Below are positions 57,575-64,000 of a stretch of DNA of 64,000 bases, piece by piece. The notes beneath the pieces were generated by a model. That model worked only from the letters and a program-made list of their open reading frames with translations, ran no database searches and was not told where the DNA came from. The DNA is from Gekko japonicus (lineage: Eukaryota): contig NW_015164189.1 of NCBI RefSeq assembly GCF_001447785.1, positions 191,391 to 255,390 on the forward strand, given 5' to 3'. The position numbers and the translations under genes are program-made. Within the stretch, counting starts at the first letter, position 1. Every line of letters starts with the position of its first letter.

Positions 57575-58040
57575 GGCTCTTCCCTCTTTTCCTTTATGCT
57601 CCCCATAATCCTGTGAGGTGATTAGACAGAATGAGCGAGAGGCTCACGGCGGTGCAGGGGTTCTCCCTTTCTCTATTATATCCTCGCAACAACACTGTGA
57701 AGTGTGGGTGAAATAGAGTGGCTGGCTCGTGGCAGAGGGGAGTACTCCCTTTCTCCAGTCTATAGTTGCAACAATACGCCACCCTGTGCGGTAGGTGCGG
57801 GGGAAATGGAGTGGCTCGTCCATGGCCGTGCGGGGGCTTATTCCTTTCTGTATTATATACTCACAACAACATTGTGAGGTAGGCGTAGGGGAAAAGGAGT
57901 AGCTGGTTAATGGCAGAGTGCGGTTCTCTCTCCATTTTATCTTTCCAATAACAGTCATGTGAGGTAGGCGTGGCTGATCTTGAGTAAGTGGCATGAGCTC
58001 ACCAAGTGGACTTCATGGTTGACTGGGGATTTGCGGGTGG
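57575..58040. repeat. Degenerate tandem array (~5 x 83-94 bp) derived from a SINE core
   Basis: Recurring ttctccctttct...tatcctcacaacaac.ctgtgaggtagg...tggc unit. Confidence 0.7.
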
Positions 58041-60576
58041 GACTCTTCAATCCTAGTCCCTATTTTTCTGAATACACAATCTGTTATTATGAATGTAAGT
58101 GCTCTGTCAAATACTTGTCAGGGATGCTCTAGGCTGATCCTGCATTGAGCATGGGGTTGGACTAGATGGCCTGTATGGCCCTTCTATGATTCTGTCTTTC
58201 TTGGGTCAGATAATCAAATGATTTTTTTAGTGATGATGATTCAAGGTTACCAACTGATTTGAGGTAAATGCCCTGGGTTGCATCCTGTGCTTTTAACTGC
58301 ATCTGAAGTCTTATGGTACTTAAAAAAATATATTGCAGCTTTCGTCATCCAGCTCCATTTTGTCAGGTGCATGAAGCAGCAACCTTGGTAAGTAGGTGAC
58401 CACCCTTTGTGTAGTCAGTTGTCTACCCACTGGTGTTCCTGCCACACTCATCTGACAAAATGGGGTCTGCTCTGGAAATAGCTTATGCATATATTGTTGT
58501 GGATTAGAGCATGTTTCATCAGACACACAAAGCATTATCTACAGTTGACACATGTAGGCCCAGAGAGGGGAATATTTAAGCAATGATTTTTAGCCATAAT
58601 GTATACAGTTTTTGTGCTTCAGTGTGGATTATATTTCTGAAAATAATGCTTGATGGATTTGATGAAGTGTGCTCTAGTCCATGAAAGTTCAAGCCACAAT
58701 ACTATGTGAGATGCCGCAGGAATNNNNNNNNNNNNNNNNNNNNNNNNNNNNNNNNNNNNNNNNNNNNNNNNNNNNNNNNNNNNNNNNTTTATTTTTAGCC
58801 CACCCTCCCTGCTGTTGAAGGCATAGGACTGGGATTGTGGTTTAATGAGCTGGAAACCTGGCAGTGCAGCCCTAAATCCAGTTGCACCCTTTTAAGCATG
58901 CTGAATCGAGTGGGCTTAAAAGGGTGTAACTATGCTTAGGATCATAGTGTTAAACTGGTTTTGAATCCTGTTTCCAGCAAAGGCCAACAGGATGCTTCCG
59001 CTGGATGCAAAGGCAACAGTCCTACTCTGTTGATGATCCCAAACTTCTGATATTTAAGGCTATCCTACCTCTGTATGTGGCGGCTCACTTGCATTTGTAC
59101 TACTGGTGGGATACATGTGCGTAACCCTTGGTGTCCTTTTGGGTCAGGAAACAGTGCAAGTATGAAGGCTGAAGACCCATCTCCCCCTCCCCACATTTTG
59201 TCATCCCGTGTCTGAATTGTGGGATCCATGCACCTGATATTTACTGTGTCAGTCAGAATTGGATGTGCGTAATCTGGACCACACACTTTACAAATCATAA
59301 CATGTAGCTTGCTCCTAAGCAAATCTTGGAGTGTACAGAATTTGACCTAATACTGGCAAATACCTCTAAATTTGTACCTTTTGCTTGGGGAAAATGGCTT
59401 TTATTATTAGTGATTCGTATTAATGTATATATTTCTAAGAATTTGTTGTTCTCAGTTTAAAAGCTGAATTTGTATAATAAACATGCAGAGGGAGATCTGT
59501 GTTGGAAAGTGGTACCCAATTTTGGACTATTTATCCAAACAACAATTTATTTCCTCTGAATAGTCCCAATTTCATAAATGGATTTAAGGTTTTACTCTGT
59601 GTTCAACTGATGTTTCTTGTGTCGGCTATTTCTCTATACAGTTATGTTAGTAATACTTACCCTTAAGTTATAAATGGCTTTATTTTAGTTAGAAAATGCA
59701 TTTATTATATTTATTATATTTTATTTTCTTTCAAATGTCAGGCAACAGTATGTTTTACTGCTGCTAAATATATATTCTCTATATTCTAAAATTTCTTGGT
59801 TTACGTATGTTTACAGGAAGCAATACAATGTTAAATATGTCACAACACATGTGATAACATGTACAAATGCATTATGTTGTTGCTTTATCTGTTACAATTA
59901 TGACTTAAAACAATAAAAATTTAAATTAAAAAAAAGAGAGATGGAGATCTGTGAAACTCATACTTTAAAAATTCATGTTGAGGAAATCAGTGTACGCTGT
60001 TTGGTTAAAGTTTTCTTAATGTTGCAGTGAAGTATGATTTGGCCAGCTTTTTCTCTCCTCTTCTGTATTTTCCCTATAAAAATAATGTGGAATATGATTT
60101 CTTCTCCATAGGATCTGAAGAAGTGGGCTTTGGCACATGAAAGGTCATGCTGGAATACATGTTAATCTTTTGAGGTGCTGCTGGACTTCTAGTTTCCATA
60201 AACATATTTGGTTCATACTAGCTGAATTTTATTCCCCTGTAGCAAAGTGCTTCTGCTAAGTTGAAGGAATGTAAAATAAATATTCTTGTTTTTAGTCTTA
60301 CAATGATTGAAAGATTGGAAGCCACTTTGGGACTGCTTAGGAGTGAAAAATATGGTACAAGTATCTAAATAATGCTTTGTGTTCATCCTTCTTTAGGTCT
60401 TTCTGGCACAAGACAAGTTGTATGAAACAGCAGCAAGAGTATGTGACTCTTGACAGTACAGAGGTTCAGTCCACATTGCTTCTCTGCCTTGTCCTGGCTG
60501 TAATGGGCAGTTGTGATACCTACATCTGCCTTTGCTCAGTATGGCTTTTCTGTTACATTCTACCTGAACATATAAT

Positions 60577-61727
60577 AGACAAGAACATAAGAGAAGCCAA
60601 TGTTGGATCAGGCCAGTGGCCCATCCAGTCCAACACTCTGTCACACAGTGGCCAAAAATACCAGGTGCCATCAGGAGGTCCAGCAGTGGGGCCAGGACAC
60701 TAGAAGCCTTCCCACTGTTGATCCTCCTAAGCACCAAGAATACAGTGCATCACTTGCCCCAGACTGAGAGTTCCTATCTATGCCTTGTGGCTAACAGCCA
60801 CTGATGAACTTCTGCTCCATATGTTTATCCAATTCCCTCTTGAAGCCATCCATGCTTGTAGCCGCCGCCACCTCCTGTGACAGTGAATTCCATGTGTTAA
60901 TCACTCTTTGGGTGAAGAAGCACTTCTTTTTATCTGTTCTAGCCCGACTGCTCAGCAATTTCATCAAGTGCCCACGAGTTCTTGTATTGTGAGAAAGGGA
61001 GAAAAGTACTTCTTTCTCTACCTGCTCTATCCCATGCATAATCTTATAAACCTCGATCATGTCACACTTCAGTCGTCATTTCTCCATGCTAAAGAGCCCC
61101 AAGTGCTTTAACCTTTCTTCATAGGGAAAGTGTTCCAACCCTTTTATCATTCTAGTTGCCCTTTTCTGCACTTTTTCCAATGCTATAATATCCTTTTTGA
61201 GGTGTGGTGACCAAAACTGGACACAGTATTCCAAATGAGGTTGCACCATCGATTTGTACAGGGGCATTATGATACTGGCTGATTTGTTTTTAATTCCATT
61301 CCTAATAATCCCTATCATAGCGTTGGCTTTTTTTATTGCAGTTGCACACTGTCTCAACATTTTCAGTGAGTTATCTACTACAACCAAGAACTCTCTCTTG
61401 GTCAGGCTCCGCCAATTCAAACCCCATCAACGTGTATTTATAGTTAGGATTTTTTGCTCTAATGTGCATCACTTTGGACTTGGCCACATTGAACCCCATT
61501 TGCCATGTTGACGCCCACTCACCCATCCTCAATAGATCCCTTTGGAGTGCCTCACAATCCTCCCTGGTGCTCCCCACCCTGAACAGTTTCGTATAATCCG
61601 CAAATTTAGCCACTTCACTGCTTACTCCCATCTCCAAATCATTAATGAACAAGTTAAAAAGCATTGGACCCGGTACTGATCCCTGCGGTACCCCACTGCT
61701 TACCACCCTCCACTGAGAAAATTGCCC
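60577..61727 (-). mobile_element. CR1 LINE, 5'-truncated, same family as 9534-10778, with frameshift and stop
   Basis: SGVPQGSVPGP, FADY, QPHLEYCVQFW and IEVYKIMHG split over three ORFs; aagaacataaga 3' terminus. Confidence 0.93.
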
Positions 61728-64000
61728 AAGAATCCCCCCCAAAAAATAGAAATAGCAGTTGTATTAATGTACCTATGAGCTCAGGAGGTGGCTGGGAATT
61801 TCCTCCCAGCACCCTTGAGCTTACCATCAGGTGTTAGTACATGTGCACTCTTGTCAGCCACATGGCCCATCATGGACTTAAATACTCCACATCTCTGGGA
61901 TGTGGGAGTGGGTGAAAAAGGGTATCGGATCCTTGAAATAGAAACTGCCTGGACTTCCCCTTTCATATTGCTGTGCTAAGTTGAGTCTGTATGAATGTCC
62001 CTTTATTCAAAAATAAGACCACTGTGGGTGTAAGTGCATGGCAAAAGCTGCTGAGACCATTCCATAGACTATATTAGGTATCTCTGTTCTGGAACATCTG
62101 AGCAATTGGGTAGCACAGGGCAAGCAAAATCTCATCCAAAGTGTTTTGTTTCCATGTACGGCAGCCCTTCCCCATGCTTGGTCATTAAGGAGACAGATGC
62201 TTAGTGTAAAGCAAATTGTCGAGGAGAGAGGAACATGAGTAGTTAATCTTCATGGAAAAGCATGTGCAGATACTATCCACAAATGAATTCTTAACTAGGG
62301 TGCCGGTTGCCTTTTATTGGGCTGTAGCCATGTGTTCCATGAAGTGAAGAATGATCTTCTGTATGAGGCAGCCTGCTTTTTCTAACTGCGTCATACTGTC
62401 ATCTGATAGTAAAGGCGACAGGGCGTCTGGCTTCCCAGTACTGCAGCAGTTGGGGGATTCAAAGGTGCCACAATAACACCACATTTGCATTTGACCATCT
62501 CTTCTATTCAGCAAACCTTTAATATGCTGTAGGTCTTGTTCTCCTTTGTTCCACTTTCGTTAATAGTTGTCCAGAAGCAAATGAGCCGGTGTGGTTTAGT
62601 AGTTAAGAATGCTTGACTAAGATCTGGGAGACCCAGGTTCAAAACCCCACTCTGCTATGGAATCTTGCTGGGTGACCTAGGTCCAGTCACATGGGGTCTC
62701 TGCCTAACCTATCTTACAGGGTTCTTGTGAGGATAAAATGTAGAAGAGGAGCATGATGTAAGCCACTTCTGGTCCCTGTTGTACAGAAGGGGAATTAAGG
62801 GTATATGAAGTGAATAAACAGTTTCCCCTCTGGGGATCATAGGAATATGCTGAGGGCGGTTCATTTTAGTTGTCTGGATAGGATCTATTTTGGGGGGGAT
62901 AAACCTCTTTACAGATAAGCACAGTATAGAACCAAGAATAGAAAAAAAGAGTATATGCAAATCAAACTTTTTATAGTCATTCTGCTCTTTAGTTTAGAAA
63001 AACGATTGGCTGACATGGATCATCTTGACTTCAAATGTAAGTGTCTAAGCCCATCCTTGTTGCAGGTTCTCCAGTCTCTGTTTTAAAATATGCAAAGTAA
63101 TCCCAGTAACTTGGAAAGCTGTGCAAAAACCCTGGAATAAAGCTGAACCTGGGCAAGTGTCAGTTGTCATACAAATAAAATCCTGGACTAGGACCAAGGA
63201 AACCTAGGTTGATTGCTTTTACACGCAATGAAACTGACAGAACCAGTTGTGTATACTCAGCCTAACTTTGCAAGGACGTTGTGATCCTGAAGTGGGCTCC
63301 CCCCACCAGTGCAGTTCTGATCTCCATGAAGGAAGGACAGGATTTAAATGTTTACATATGCATCATCTGCTCCCTAGGTAGGATGCCAGGCAAATAGGAA
63401 CAAGCTTGATTTTTAATGGATGAGGCTACTTGGGGGGAGTGGAATAGCTTGAGCCCCCTCCCACCCCAGTGTGGTCCTCCTTTCCAAGGACACTGACCAT
63501 GCAGTAGCAAGAATGCTTTGCATGTAAGATGTTCCAGATTCCAAGCAGCAGCTATTGAGACTTTCCTTTATCTGAGAACCAAGGCAAGCAGAGTAGATGA
63601 TGCTAAGCTAGAAGAACCAAAGTTCTCACTTGGGAGAAGAAGACAGTTTACTATGTTCCTGACTGTGCCTCTTTTCTTCCTTCCCATGGGAAAAACTAAA
63701 GTGATACTCTTGGGAATGCTGTTGCAGGGGAGACAATATCCACCCTTCACCTAGCGCCAGTTCAATGTATTTTGCCACCCCAACCAAGGTGATTAACATA
63801 TGGGGTGGGTAAGCAAGTCCTGCCCATGCACTCAGTGATGGCAGCCTCCCCACAACTCTCTCTGTCAGGCTGAACTTCAGGAAGAGGAAGTAGGTGCCCT
63901 TCCCCCCCTTGGAGTACAACCTCCACAGTGAAACCTGTCAAAACGATAGGTAAGTCAGTAGTAACAAACTCTGACAAGCTAGGCAGCAGTGTTTCAGAGA

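Noticed and set aside
57575-58040. CRISPR-like repeat-spacer array
   Set aside because: Vertebrate context, degenerate SINE-derived units, no cas genes
59742-59800. Possible WDR59 exon 2 (tcag|GCAACA...)
   Set aside because: Translates ATVCFTAAK, not the ATAMSVD-like sequence I recall for WDR59; exon 2 probably lies beyond the window

Overview
Vertebrate genomic DNA, most likely a squamate and probably a gecko, judging from Sauria-SINE, Squam3-like SINE, BovB, CR1 and L2 content. The window holds the conserved LDHD-ZNRF1-WDR59 block. LDHD (+) is complete: 11 coding exons, 410-17944, about 480 aa, all GT-AG. ZNRF1 (-) is complete: 4 coding exons, 51940-23953, 241 aa, plus a non-coding last exon. 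Only exon 1 of WDR59 (+, 57272-57325) is present. Each gene start has a CpG island; introns are dense with retroposons and hAT MITEs, and there are three N gaps. I found no convincing novel protein-coding system. The best leads are RNA-level or regulatory: a near-perfect inverted CR1 pair bracketing LDHD exon 5, an inverted Sauria-SINE pair in ZNRF1 intron 1, stacked uORFs, a 3'UTR intron and a miRNA-site cluster in ZNRF1, a possible poison exon or enhancer, a foldback element with a tandem duplication, and a SINE-core minisatellite. All alignments were done by eye and repeat boundaries are approximate.
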